Source: Candidatus Bathyarchaeia archaeon (GTDB lineage Archaea > Thermoproteota > Bathyarchaeia > Bathyarchaeales > Bathycorpusculaceae). Taken from it: a DNA stretch of 64,000 nucleotides. This document shows, one piece after another, positions 17,769 to 26,783 of the stretch. Each line of letters begins with the position of its first letter. Within the stretch, counting starts at the first letter, position 1. Location of the stretch: assembly GCA_049512075.1 (NCBI GenBank), contig JBEKXL010000010.1:10775-74774 (forward strand). Reading direction: 5' to 3'. A program made the position numbers and the translations under genes. Below the pieces are notes generated by a model, which made no database searches, was not told the origin of the DNA, and saw only the letters and a list, made by a program, of their open reading frames with translations.

Positions 17769-20700
17769 TCAATGTTTTCGTCTTCGCACAGCAACAACCG
17801 CAAGGCACACGACCCCAACCAACACGGCAACGGATATGAGGACCAGTTCAAGGTGAGCCGTTATCCATCCTTGCACATCGAAACCCCCTAGACCCGATGT
17901 CGCGCCCACTTGAATGTTCACGTGACTAACAACAGTTTGGATACCGCTCTGAAAAGTGAATTGACTGGAAACCTGAACAGAATAGTTTCCGTCCGCAACG
18001 CTGGAAGGCACAGTCACCCCGACCTGTATCGTGTTGCCAGATCCCAATGTCAACGGCAAAACAGGCCCTGTCAGCCAGTCAGCACCTGCCCCCTGAAAAG
18101 TAATCTGGGTCAAAAAGACGTTGGTCGGGGAAGCCCATGAAACAGGAATCAACGCTGTCGCTGAACCGCCTGGGGCCACGCTCACGGAACAGTCACTAAC
18201 TTGGATATTCAAGCCTCCAGAACTAGGACCGCTTGGTCCTGAAGGACCAGAGGGCGCAGAAATCGAGACAGAAAACATCACAGTCGCTTGCCCAACGGTT
18301 CCAACCGTGTTATTGGCAAAATCGTAGAAAGTGTAGGAACTGCCATCTACAAAACCAGCCAAATACATGATGCCAGCAGTGTAAGACTCGTTCGAAGCAT
18401 ATATCCAAGCGGTTCCGTTTTTGCAGTTAAACCATTCCTGATCAATCGTTCCGCCCGAAGCTGAAAACTGGACTGGAATAGTGTCTGAAGTGTACGTGGT
18501 GTTCGTTGGGTTCGTTATGGTAACGGTAACGCTTGTTAGGGAAAACACTGGCTGCGCTGTGGTGTTTCCCGTTATCGTGAACGTGAGAGGATTGCTAGAG
18601 CCTCCCGAAGAACCGTTCACCAGCCAATTACTCCAATCATATCCGCTACTATTAGTCTCATAGATGGCTACGGTTGCCCCAGACGTGTAGTTTGTGTACG
18701 TTCCAGCAACAGGATTAGTTGCTCCACCTGTGCCACTGCTGATGGTGAGGGTAGGGTCTAGTGTCAACGTGTAATTTGCGGAGGCGAACACTCCTGCTGT
18801 CGTGTTATAGACTTTGACGTTCCAGACATACATACCATAAGCCGGGAAGGTATATGAAAAACTGTTCGCCGTATTGTTAGCTACGGCGGTCTGGTTGTTC
18901 TGCACGTTCTGCCAAGTTCCTGAGGCGTTTACCCATAGACTCGCGTTCTGAATAGTGTCTCCAACACAGATGGGAGTATAGGTTAACGTGGCAGACAGCG
19001 ACGTTTGCGACGTGCTGTTTGATGGGCTGTTCAGAGTGACAATCAGCGAAGCATACAGCAGGGTAAGCGTGTAGTTCGAAGAGGCAAACGTGGACATGGA
19101 AGAATTGTAAACCTGAACGTTCCAAAGGTATGTGCCGTTAGAATTGAACGTATAGCCTATTGTATTTTGGGTGTTATTCGCTACTGCCGTAGTGTTGCCT
19201 TGAGTGGCAGCCCATGATCCAGTAACATTCGTCCAGAGAGTAGTGTTTTGGATAGTGTCCCCAACGCAGACTGGAGTATACACAAAACTTATTGCCCGGG
19301 AATATTGGGAGTAGCCGTTTGAAGGAGAGTTTAAGGTAACTGTGACATATTCGGCTGTAGTCGTCAGCGTTTTGATACCGGTGTTGTTAAGGTTGTTGCT
19401 GGAATCAGCAAACCAGTATTCCCACTGAACAACAACCCCGACTGTAGAGTTCAACGTTTTCGTGGTGTTTGCAAGGTAAGAGGATCCGCTGATATTCACA
19501 GCAGAATCGTTCACCCATGGGCCTGTGCTGTTTGTTCCAAACGTGTAATTTGTCAGGGCCACATTGTCTGCAAGCGTCACGCTAAAGTTGCAGGGATACC
19601 CAGCCACAGTCGAGTTAGTGTTCGGGTTGCTGTAGGTTGGGGCAGTAGTGTCTCCAGCGACCGCTGCCGCTTTGAAAGTTGCGATGCAACCAGAATAATA
19701 TGCGCTAGAAAGCGGTGTAGTTCCAGAGTTTGCCGTTCCAGTCGAATTTACAATTTTTTCCAGATAAGCAGAACCAACATTAGTGTAGTCGCTTCCGTCA
19801 AACTGACCGAAAGCGTTTGTCGGAGCAGTTTGGTCTTTTCCGTTTGTCGTAATAACTCCAATCCACAGTTCGCTCGCTTGTGTTGTGGTTGCCGTTGTAC
19901 CTGTGTCAGTGGTAGTGCTACTTCCCCCGTTTGTCGCTGTCTTGTCAAGAAAGGTAGTTGTGTTCAGTCCAGAATATTCGCAAACGTCTGCAATAGCTCC
20001 ATAGTTAGGTGCTGCACTCATCGTAACGTTAAGGGAACTACTGGCTCCTGCACCTACTACGCCATACCAAATTTCAGCGTCCCATTCGCTGTTGTAGGCG
20101 TTGTTTGCCTGTTTCGTCCATGTTACTCCAGTTTCGCTTATGCTACTCACTGTGGAAGGGCCACTAGGAAACATTGAAGAAGAAATGGTCGCTATAAGCA
20201 CGTTTCCCGATGTTGGAGCCGCCCCCATAGTGACGGTGACGTTGATTGTGATTGAAGTGCCTCTTGCTGGACCTTGAACCCTAACTATTCCCGTAGGAGC
20301 CCCATCAAGTTTGAACGTGGCTATGCAACCCAGCAAACCCGAAGCAGAATCCCCTGTAATTCCAGAGTTCGCCGCACCAGTGGAAGTCACAAATTTCTCC
20401 AAGTACGCCACGTTGACCTGTTGGTATCCAGCTCCATCAAACATTATGAAACCGTTGGTAGGATTCCAAGCATGGTAAGGAGGCGAAACTCCACCCTCAT
20501 CGAATGTTGCTCCTATCCATAGCTCGTTTGCTTGTGTCGTTGTGGCTGTCGTGCCAGTGTCTATGAATGGCCCTGCAGAACTGTTCGTAGCGGTTTTATC
20601 TACTGGGCTGCTGCTGATTCCTGAATATTCACAAACGTCAGCTACGCCACCGTTTGCAGCGTTTCCGCTTAGGGTAACGTTTAGGGAAGCTGACGCTCCA

Positions 20701-21047
20701 GCACTTACCGCTCCTAACCATATTGCCAGGTCTTGCCATCCGCTAGTGGTGTCAACAGCTTGACTCCATGTTACACCCGTTTGAGATATGCTACTTATTG
20801 AAACAGCACCACCGTTACCGCGTGTTCCTATCGCGGCTATAAGCGAGTTACCTGAAGTTGGCGCTGCAACCATCGTTACAGTAATGTTAATGCCAGTGGT
20901 TGTTCCTCTTGCATTGCCCTGAACCCTCAGTATTGAACCAGTAGCATAAACAGGCTTGATTTGTCCAGCCAAAAACCCGAACATTCCAACCAAAAGCATA
21001 ACGCAAACAGCGAGACCGACAAGTTTTCTACGGTTCATAATCTTCAC
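17769..21047 (-). CDS. Large membrane-anchored surface glycoprotein/adhesin with repeated beta-rich domains
   Basis: Signal peptide; two ~210-aa repeats (RVQG.ARGT...CIATFK); two ~100-aa Ig-like repeats (VTLNSPSN...NYTLTL); many NxS/T sites; C-terminal TM followed by RRRKH. Confidence 0.85.
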   Translation of the reverse strand: MKIMNRRKLVGLAVCVMLLVGMFGFLAGQIKPVYATGSILRVQGNARGTTTGINITVTMVAAPTSGNSLIAAIGTRGNGGAVSISSISQTGVTWSQAVDTTSGWQDLAIWLGAVSAGASASLNVTLSGNAANGGVADVCEYSGISSSPVDKTATNSSAGPFIDTGTTATTTQANELWIGATFDEGGVSPPYHAWNPTNGFIMFDGAGYQQVNVAYLEKFVTSTGAANSGITGDSASGLLGCIATFKLDGAPTGIVRVQGPARGTSITINVTVTMGAAPTSGNVLIATISSSMFPSGPSTVSSISETGVTWTKQANNAYNSEWDAEIWYGVVGAGASSSLNVTMSAAPNYGAIADVCEYSGLNTTTFLDKTATNGGSSTTTDTGTTATTTQASELWIGVITTNGKDQTAPTNAFGQFDGSDYTNVGSAYLEKIVNSTGTANSGTTPLSSAYYSGCIATFKAAAVAGDTTAPTYSNPNTNSTVAGYPCNFSVTLADNVALTNYTFGTNSTGPWVNDSAVNISGSSYLANTTKTLNSTVGVVVQWEYWFADSSNNLNNTGIKTLTTTAEYVTVTLNSPSNGYSQYSRAISFVYTPVCVGDTIQNTTLWTNVTGSWAATQGNTTAVANNTQNTIGYTFNSNGTYLWNVQVYNSSMSTFASSNYTLTLLYASLIVTLNSPSNSTSQTSLSATLTYTPICVGDTIQNASLWVNASGTWQNVQNNQTAVANNTANSFSYTFPAYGMYVWNVKVYNTTAGVFASANYTLTLDPTLTISSGTGGATNPVAGTYTNYTSGATVAIYETNSSGYDWSNWLVNGSSGGSSNPLTFTITGNTTAQPVFSLTSVTVTITNPTNTTYTSDTIPVQFSASGGTIDQEWFNCKNGTAWIYASNESYTAGIMYLAGFVDGSSYTFYDFANNTVGTVGQATVMFSVSISAPSGPSGPSGPSSGGLNIQVSDCSVSVAPGGSATALIPVSWASPTNVFLTQITFQGAGADWLTGPVLPLTLGSGNTIQVGVTVPSSVADGNYSVQVSSQFTFQSGIQTVVSHVNIQVGATSGLGGFDVQGWITAHLELVLISVAVLVGVVCLAVVAVRRRKH

Positions 21048-21077
21048 AATAGAAAAAAGAATGGGAGAATGAACCTT

Positions 21078-21359
21078 CTACGCTCTGAAGGTGTACGTCA
21101 CTTGATAGGAATTCTGTTCTGCATCCTGCTGTTTCTTCCGCTTGTTCGGGTCTGGACCTTTCAGCCAGGCCTCGTGCATCTGCCTAACAGAAACCTCACG
21201 ACGCTCACCGTCAACCATGCTTATGCCTTCGTTTGATTCTTCTGTTTCTTTCCGCTTGTCCGGGTACGGGCCTTTCAGAAATGCTTCGCGGATCTGTTTC
21301 ACAGAAACCTCGTCGTTATGGTTTTCCGATTGAGTCTCCATTTCTGTCACCAATTTCAC
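21078..21359 (-). CDS. Small protein with tandem repeat
   Basis: EVSVKQIREAFLKGPYPDKRK and EVSVRQMHEAWLKGPDPNKRK. Confidence 0.55.
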   Translation of the reverse strand: MKLVTEMETQSENHNDEVSVKQIREAFLKGPYPDKRKETEESNEGISMVDGERREVSVRQMHEAWLKGPDPNKRKKQQDAEQNSYQVTYTFRA

Positions 21360-21424
21360 GGATCAAACCTTTCGTCCTTAAGTATCCCACGGAAAAAAAG
21401 GGGAAATTAGAGTTTACTTTCGAC

Positions 21425-21805
21425 CTACGGATGAAACCTTTCGTCCCCGAGTATCGCATAGAAAACCGACTTCAGGCCAAACCAGTCCATGATTTCTATG
21501 CCGGTGGTAGCTTCCACCTCAGCCCTGATGTTGTCAACCACTAAGTATTCAAGGTACTTGATTGCATTGGGATCGTGGGCTTCAGGTGTTTTTCTCAGGA
21601 AGTCCATGATTTTCCTTGGCATTCGCAACGTGACAGTTTCATATTCGACGTCTAGCTGTTTGTCTTCAGTGGGTTCTTGTTTTTCTAGGAACTGTTCAAC
21701 CGCCCTTTTGATAACGTCTTCAGGCTTTTCCTTGGTTTCCTGACAGTATCTAGTGAGAAGTTTTTCTGTTAGTGGAGTCAGTTTTATTCCTGCAAAAGTT
21801 TCCAT
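21425..21805 (-). CDS. Tandem RHH-like DNA-binding protein
   Basis: IKLT...DVIKRAVEQFL and ETVTLRMPRKIMDFL. Confidence 0.6.
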   Translation of the reverse strand: METFAGIKLTPLTEKLLTRYCQETKEKPEDVIKRAVEQFLEKQEPTEDKQLDVEYETVTLRMPRKIMDFLRKTPEAHDPNAIKYLEYLVVDNIRAEVEATTGIEIMDWFGLKSVFYAILGDERFHP

Positions 21806-21808
21806 GCT

Positions 21809-22087
21809 TCACGCCCCCAGCTTTTTCTTGTGCTCTTTGAGAAGATCCTCAGTTATTTCTTGAACATACTCGTCAATCGTTTGGCCACGTGCCTCGGCAG
21901 CCTTTTCCATCAAGTCATAAGTCTCGTTTGGCAAAAAGACTTTCCGAACCTTGCTTCTTTGGATCCTTCCATATTCCCGGCTGATCGCATATTCGATAGT
22001 GCTAACGTCGTTTTTGACGCCTAAGTGTTCTTTGACTGCTTGAAACCGTTTCGTGTTTTCATCGTCTAATGTTATGTTCAATTTCAT
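21809..22087 (-). CDS. Tandem RHH-like DNA-binding protein
   Basis: MKLNITLDDE...; KVFLPNETYDLMEKAAEARGQTIDEYV. Confidence 0.6.
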   Translation of the reverse strand: MKLNITLDDENTKRFQAVKEHLGVKNDVSTIEYAISREYGRIQRSKVRKVFLPNETYDLMEKAAEARGQTIDEYVQEITEDLLKEHKKKLGA

Positions 22088-22202
22088 TCGTTTCTTTCTC
22101 CTTTTGTGTACGGTAGTTGTATAATGTTGCACGATAGGTATTTAACATTTGCGAAAGTATTATAATGTTGCATAAACGATAAATGAGTGCAAGTGATTGT
22201 GT

Positions 22203-22367
22203 ATGTCTGGAACAGAAATGAAGCGAGTGAGAGTTTTCGCAACCATTCGGGAAGACGTTGAACAGTGGACCCAGAAGGAAGTTGAGAAAGGTAGATTCAG
22301 AAATCGGTCACACGCCATTGAGTACGCTTTGCTGCAACTCATGGACCCTGAAAAGAAGGAGGCTTGA
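22203..22367 (+). CDS. 54-aa ribbon-helix-helix regulator (below the ORF-track cutoff)
   Basis: MSGTEMKRVRVFATIREDVEQWTQKEVEKGRFRNRSHAIEYALLQL; divergent from the preceding genes. Confidence 0.75.
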   Translation: MSGTEMKRVRVFATIREDVEQWTQKEVEKGRFRNRSHAIEYALLQLMDPEKKEA

Positions 22368-22579
22368 GGTTTTGAAGAAACCCGAGGACATGAGTTTGCT
22401 TGAGGTAATCCGTGAATTACACGCTCAGTTTTTGCGTGAACAGGCCCCGATGGAAAAACGAAAGGAAGCATAGGCGCACGTGGAATAGACGCGGCCTAAT
22501 TTTCACCCTACTCTCCAGTATCCCGGAAGGTCTTCTCTCCTCACGTTTCTTAAGTCTCTAACAGTCTATCGTTCTCTTC

Positions 22580-22753
22580 ATGGAAACCAAGAATTGTCCC
22601 AAATGCGGCGGTGAAATGTCAGGAGACCGGCAACTGGGCTCGTACACAGAAATAACATTGAAGAAAGGAGAACAGTTCATAGGCGATAGAGTGCAAGCTT
22701 TCTATTGCGTCAAATGCGGTTACATCGAACTGTACCGGGAAAACAAGGAATAG
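22580..22753 (+). CDS. 57-aa zinc-ribbon protein (below the ORF-track cutoff)
   Basis: METKNCPKCGGEM...AFYCVKCGYIELY. Confidence 0.8.
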   Translation: METKNCPKCGGEMSGDRQLGSYTEITLKKGEQFIGDRVQAFYCVKCGYIELYRENKE

Positions 22754-22999
22754 CCTTGAAGGATCCCTAAGCACTTTTTCACTGAAAAACCTTAATGATT
22801 ATTGCATTTGAGCAGGTCTATATCGAGGAGCCATTCTCGCAAGTTTTCTTTTTCGTCTTTTTCTAGTGCATTCAGACTTGTAGCTTTGGAACGCACTGTT
22901 TTCTTTTTCACCATTCATGCCATTCAAACCTTTTCCGCAACGATACATCTGCGACCTATAAAAACATATCTTAAGCTTTACGACAATATGCTCGAATAT

Positions 23000-23027
23000 G
23001 CTTCAGTTAACTTCAGTTATGTTTGAC
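23000..23027. other. Candidate dif-like (XerA) recombination site
   Basis: GCTTCAGTTAA-CTTCAG-TTATGTTTGAC: 11-6-11 layout with TAA/TTA flanking the spacer. Confidence 0.35.
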
Positions 23028-23266
23028 TTTTTCAACGGAATACCTAGGCTTTTTCTACACAACTCTAGGGCTCCGACAGAAGAATCACGGAAAACCCCGA
23101 GTCTGCGCGGCCTCCCCTGCTAGCCGGAAGACTTGCCCCTTGAACCGCTTTTTGGTGATTTAGTGTGCAAGACAGACTCAAAAGCGGGTTTTTCTCAAAA
23201 GAAAAAAGATTGTGCAATTTGGATGGAGTTAGACAGGGAAAAAAGAGAAGATTATGCAAGTCGTCC

Positions 23267-23899
23267 TTAGTAGTAGTATGTTATTGTTACGGTTTCAGTT
23301 GCTCCATTGACTAAGTTGCCGTTGCCTACTTCGATTTGTATGCTTGAAGAGGGCAAAATTGGAAAGCTTGCAGTGTCACCCGCACTTACGACTATTTCTT
23401 GGTTGAAACTCACTCCATGTGAAGAGTAGATTGCCTTAACGTGAGTGCCAGCAACGCTTGAACTTTGAACCCAGACGGAAACGTATCCCGCATAACTTGC
23501 CGAAAGAGTCCACAGGGTGTATGAACTTGCTGGTTGACTTATCGTTTGATCACTCACCCAGACTGTAGAGTCGGCAAGGTTGGCAATATTATAGAAGTTT
23601 GTGTAGTCTTCGTCTGTATGATGATGGTCAGCAACATAAGAATTGTAGGTAGTAATGTTACCAGAGAGCCACGCTTGTGTTTGACTAAGCAATGTTTCGT
23701 TTCCAGCTAGCCATTCTTGAAGTTGGTCGATTTTGGCTTGGAGAGCAGCGTTTGACGAACCTGATGTTGGCGAATAACTCACATAGGCCATCACGCCTAG
23801 ACTCGCCACTAGAATGATGCAGACCATTCCTAATGTTATAGCAACACTTCTTCTGACCATTTTCCTTGGTTTAGTTTCGCTTGGTTTTGTTTCATTCAT
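23267..23899 (-). CDS. Membrane-anchored protein (TM, coiled coil, beta domain)
   Basis: N-terminal TM, heptad stretch, ends TVTITYYY; start moved to MNETKP. Confidence 0.7.
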   Translation of the reverse strand: MNETKPSETKPRKMVRRSVAITLGMVCIILVASLGVMAYVSYSPTSGSSNAALQAKIDQLQEWLAGNETLLSQTQAWLSGNITTYNSYVADHHHTDEDYTNFYNIANLADSTVWVSDQTISQPASSYTLWTLSASYAGYVSVWVQSSSVAGTHVKAIYSSHGVSFNQEIVVSAGDTASFPILPSSSIQIEVGNGNLVNGATETVTITYYY

Positions 23900-24096
23900 T
23901 TTTAAACCCCTAGTTAATCTCCTATTGCTACACATATATGATTTCTGTTGAGTCGATGTTTGGAAGAGAAAAAAGGGGGATTGTGCGGGAGACATCTCCA
24001 TCTTTAGAATCTTTAACTCTAATCAATAGGTCTTGTAGTGCGCTTGGATTCACAACGTATAAGTGAACGTAGCAACTCTTGATATTCACGATTTGA

Positions 24097-24336
24097 ATGA
24101 ATTTTCCAACACGGTCCAACCATCAAGCGCAGGTGCTCTTTCATACGTTAGGCCTAAGCTGCCTAGGGGGAGCCATTTTCCTGCAGCTCTTGGTGTTCAC
24201 GGACATACTTCAACACGGGTACTTCATGGCCGTGGAGAACAATCCAGCTATCTTGTCCTTTGAAATACTTCTGACCTTTTTCTCTGCCATATACTTCGTA
24301 TACATGTACCAACGCTTCATTCGTTCGATGAGATAA
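24097..24336 (+). CDS. Small 2-TM membrane protein
   Basis: Two hydrophobic helices around GYFMAVENNPAIL. Confidence 0.6.
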   Translation: MNFPTRSNHQAQVLFHTLGLSCLGGAIFLQLLVFTDILQHGYFMAVENNPAILSFEILLTFFSAIYFVYMYQRFIRSMR

Positions 24337-24449
24337 ACGCAAAATCAACGCGTGTTTTCTGTCTTCTGGATCGAATTGAGAAACAGATAGAAAATGTTAA
24401 ATAACTTCTGACCAGAAAAGCGTCAATAGGCTTGCTTGGAGGGTAGAAA

Positions 24450-25190
24450 ATGAGAACATTGGTAAAACTGAGTTTGATTCTTATTGTATGCATTTTGACC
24501 TTATCAATGGTTTGTAGGGTGAGGGCGCAGGTTGTGGGAGATAATGTAAAGAATTTCTTCGACTCAGAGATGCCTGGCTTAAGTATTCAGGCTAACGCAA
24601 CAGCGGAAACTCGGCCCGGGGGAACCCTGACAGTATGGCTTCTCATCATACCTCAGCCTGAAACAAAAGTCCACGTGGATTCCTTCAGACTCGATGTTTA
24701 TGGTTTTCTGAATGGAACAGAGAGGGTTTCAATTGGAAACGTCAACGACAGCAACTTGCCAAATGAGGCGGAAAGCGATTACAACGAGACCTTCACTGTC
24801 CCAGACGGGGTTTCAGGTGTGACCTTTGGAGAGATCACGTTGACCTATTCGATAAGCCTTGGAGCCTTAGAGTTAACATTTCCGAACGCCGTGAGCGGCT
24901 TCTACATGACTCATATTGAAGACACGCTTCTCGAAAGCCTTCAAAGTCAGCTCAAAGATTTGAATGGCAGTTACACCCAACTGAAGGGTGATTACTCCAA
25001 CCTGACGAACGCCTACCTTCAACTTAATCAGACCTACCTGCAGCTGCAGCAGAACTACACGTCGCTGCAAGGCAGTATGGGTATGCTTGACAGCACGAGA
25101 AGCGTGGCGGTTGTTCTTGCCATAACGACTGTCTTCTTCGTGATCTCAACGGTCTTCATGGTCATGCGTCGACCGAAAGAAAGTTGGTAG
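24450..25190 (+). CDS. Secreted membrane-anchored protein
   Basis: Signal peptide, beta domain, coiled-coil stalk, C-terminal TM followed by RRPK. Confidence 0.75.
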   Translation: MRTLVKLSLILIVCILTLSMVCRVRAQVVGDNVKNFFDSEMPGLSIQANATAETRPGGTLTVWLLIIPQPETKVHVDSFRLDVYGFLNGTERVSIGNVNDSNLPNEAESDYNETFTVPDGVSGVTFGEITLTYSISLGALELTFPNAVSGFYMTHIEDTLLESLQSQLKDLNGSYTQLKGDYSNLTNAYLQLNQTYLQLQQNYTSLQGSMGMLDSTRSVAVVLAITTVFFVISTVFMVMRRPKESW

Positions 25191-25272
25191 GTAATGAATT
25201 GCTTGCCAAGCGCCGCTTTATATGGAAATGTGGTCAGCGTGAGTCAACCGAACCTCGGAGCACGTGAGTTCG

Positions 25273-26604
25273 CTACTGTTTGTGTAGTTTCTGTGCCGCT
25301 ATGAAAGTTAGCCCGTGTCGGGTCAGAGCTTCGGCTGTGACGTTGAGCGCGTCGTGTTTGTCGAGATAGTTGGTCACGAGTTTAGGCATCAATCCCTTCT
25401 CCGTGATGTCTTTTTCGGGCATGAAATAGTCCAAGATGTCTGACGGGTGTTCCCTTTTTTCCTCAGTTTCGGGTTTTCCGCCTTCGTGTTTTGCACTGAT
25501 GTTTCTTACGTGGTTTGCGAGTTGCATAAGCTCATCTGTGCGGTCGTAGGGTTGTCTCACGATGTTCTTGTAGGCTTCAGTGATGTGATGCTCAATGCGG
25601 ACGATGTCTTCAAAGCCAAACGCTTTTCTAACGTAAGCAGAGAGCTCAATCGTCTCGTTATTAACGGAGTTTGAAAGGTTGAACCCGATGAGCGGAGTGG
25701 AACCGTCATCCCGGCTGAAAAGTTTTGCAGTCATCAACGTCCACAGGATTGAGTAGGGATTGTCGTTTCCCAGAAACACTGAAATCTTGAATTCAATGTC
25801 AATTCCCAGTTTTCGGAGCCAATATCCCAGCAAAACCGTGCCCGAATTCGTGTTCAAGACCTGGGGAAGGCCATATTCCGTGTAATATTTGAGAAACTCG
25901 TCTACCCACTTCAACGTGTAATCATTCGGAACTCCGACTCCTCCAAAATACCCTGTGATAGTGTCCGCGCCGCCGAGATGAATGTTAACGGGTTTGCCGT
26001 CTGGCCCCTGCATTGTGCCTTTAGTGTCTAACGTTTGAACGTAAGAGGCTCCTACAACCTGCATCGCAGCTGCAAAGGCTACGACGTCGTCGTCTTCAAC
26101 CTGCTCTTTTATCGAACGCACCCGTATGTAACGGGCGGGCATCAAGTTTTTCTGTGCAATAGCTCTCTTTGCCTCTTCAATAATCCATGGGAAGAAGTTG
26201 AACGCGCTGATTTCCAGTGTGACAGCGAAAGACTCGTCGAACTTTGTCGACTCCATCTTTTTTCCCAGAATTTTCTTCCGGTATTCAGGGATGCTGGTAA
26301 AGGCCTCTTCATCCCGCCTTTTCATCAGCCATTGGAGGTCCTTGACGAAGGATGATTTCTTCCTCTCAAGCCTGCCCATGAGGTTTTCAATCCTGTGAGC
26401 CTCCTTGGCTCTGCGGTTAATCTCATCCACGCCACCGTACTTCTCAACAACTTGCAGAACACCGTCGATGAGGGGATTATCCTTCTGTAACAAGAAACTG
26501 TTTATCTCCCTCAAGTTCTCTTCGTCAATCCTCAGTCTCTCCCTAAGATCGGCCAAAATAGTCACTTCCGCCTCTAACTTTTGGATCTCAAACGATTTAA
26601 ACAT
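25273..26604 (-). CDS. Uncharacterised soluble protein, enzyme-like
   Basis: 443-aa ORF with motif-like segments PARYIRVR, TLDTKGT, HLGGADTITGYFGG, RIEHHITE, SAKHEG. Confidence 0.8.
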   Translation of the reverse strand: MFKSFEIQKLEAEVTILADLRERLRIDEENLREINSFLLQKDNPLIDGVLQVVEKYGGVDEINRRAKEAHRIENLMGRLERKKSSFVKDLQWLMKRRDEEAFTSIPEYRKKILGKKMESTKFDESFAVTLEISAFNFFPWIIEEAKRAIAQKNLMPARYIRVRSIKEQVEDDDVVAFAAAMQVVGASYVQTLDTKGTMQGPDGKPVNIHLGGADTITGYFGGVGVPNDYTLKWVDEFLKYYTEYGLPQVLNTNSGTVLLGYWLRKLGIDIEFKISVFLGNDNPYSILWTLMTAKLFSRDDGSTPLIGFNLSNSVNNETIELSAYVRKAFGFEDIVRIEHHITEAYKNIVRQPYDRTDELMQLANHVRNISAKHEGGKPETEEKREHPSDILDYFMPEKDITEKGLMPKLVTNYLDKHDALNVTAEALTRHGLTFIAAQKLHKQ

Positions 26605-26783
26605 TTCAGACCATTTGCGTACAAACCTAAATTCCGCTTTGCTTAAGCAGAAGGAAGAACTACTTCGCCGGCTAAAGAGCTGATGGTCGTCAGCTGGAAA
26701 ACATGCACAAACGTTGTGGTTTTGCCATCATAAGACTCAAATGATATAAGAAGCCTTGTTCGAATAAGGCGTGGAGACTAACC

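Larger units (their letters stand above)
5500..24000. mobile_element. Integrated genomic island, possibly composite; ends not fixed
   Basis: Two tyrosine recombinases, ParB, Top6A-like gene, several RHH/wHTH regulators, orphan ORFs and no housekeeping genes. No att direct repeat found. Confidence 0.7.

Noticed and set aside
5500-24000. Calling the island a provirus
   Set aside because: No capsid, terminase, portal or packaging ATPase recognised.
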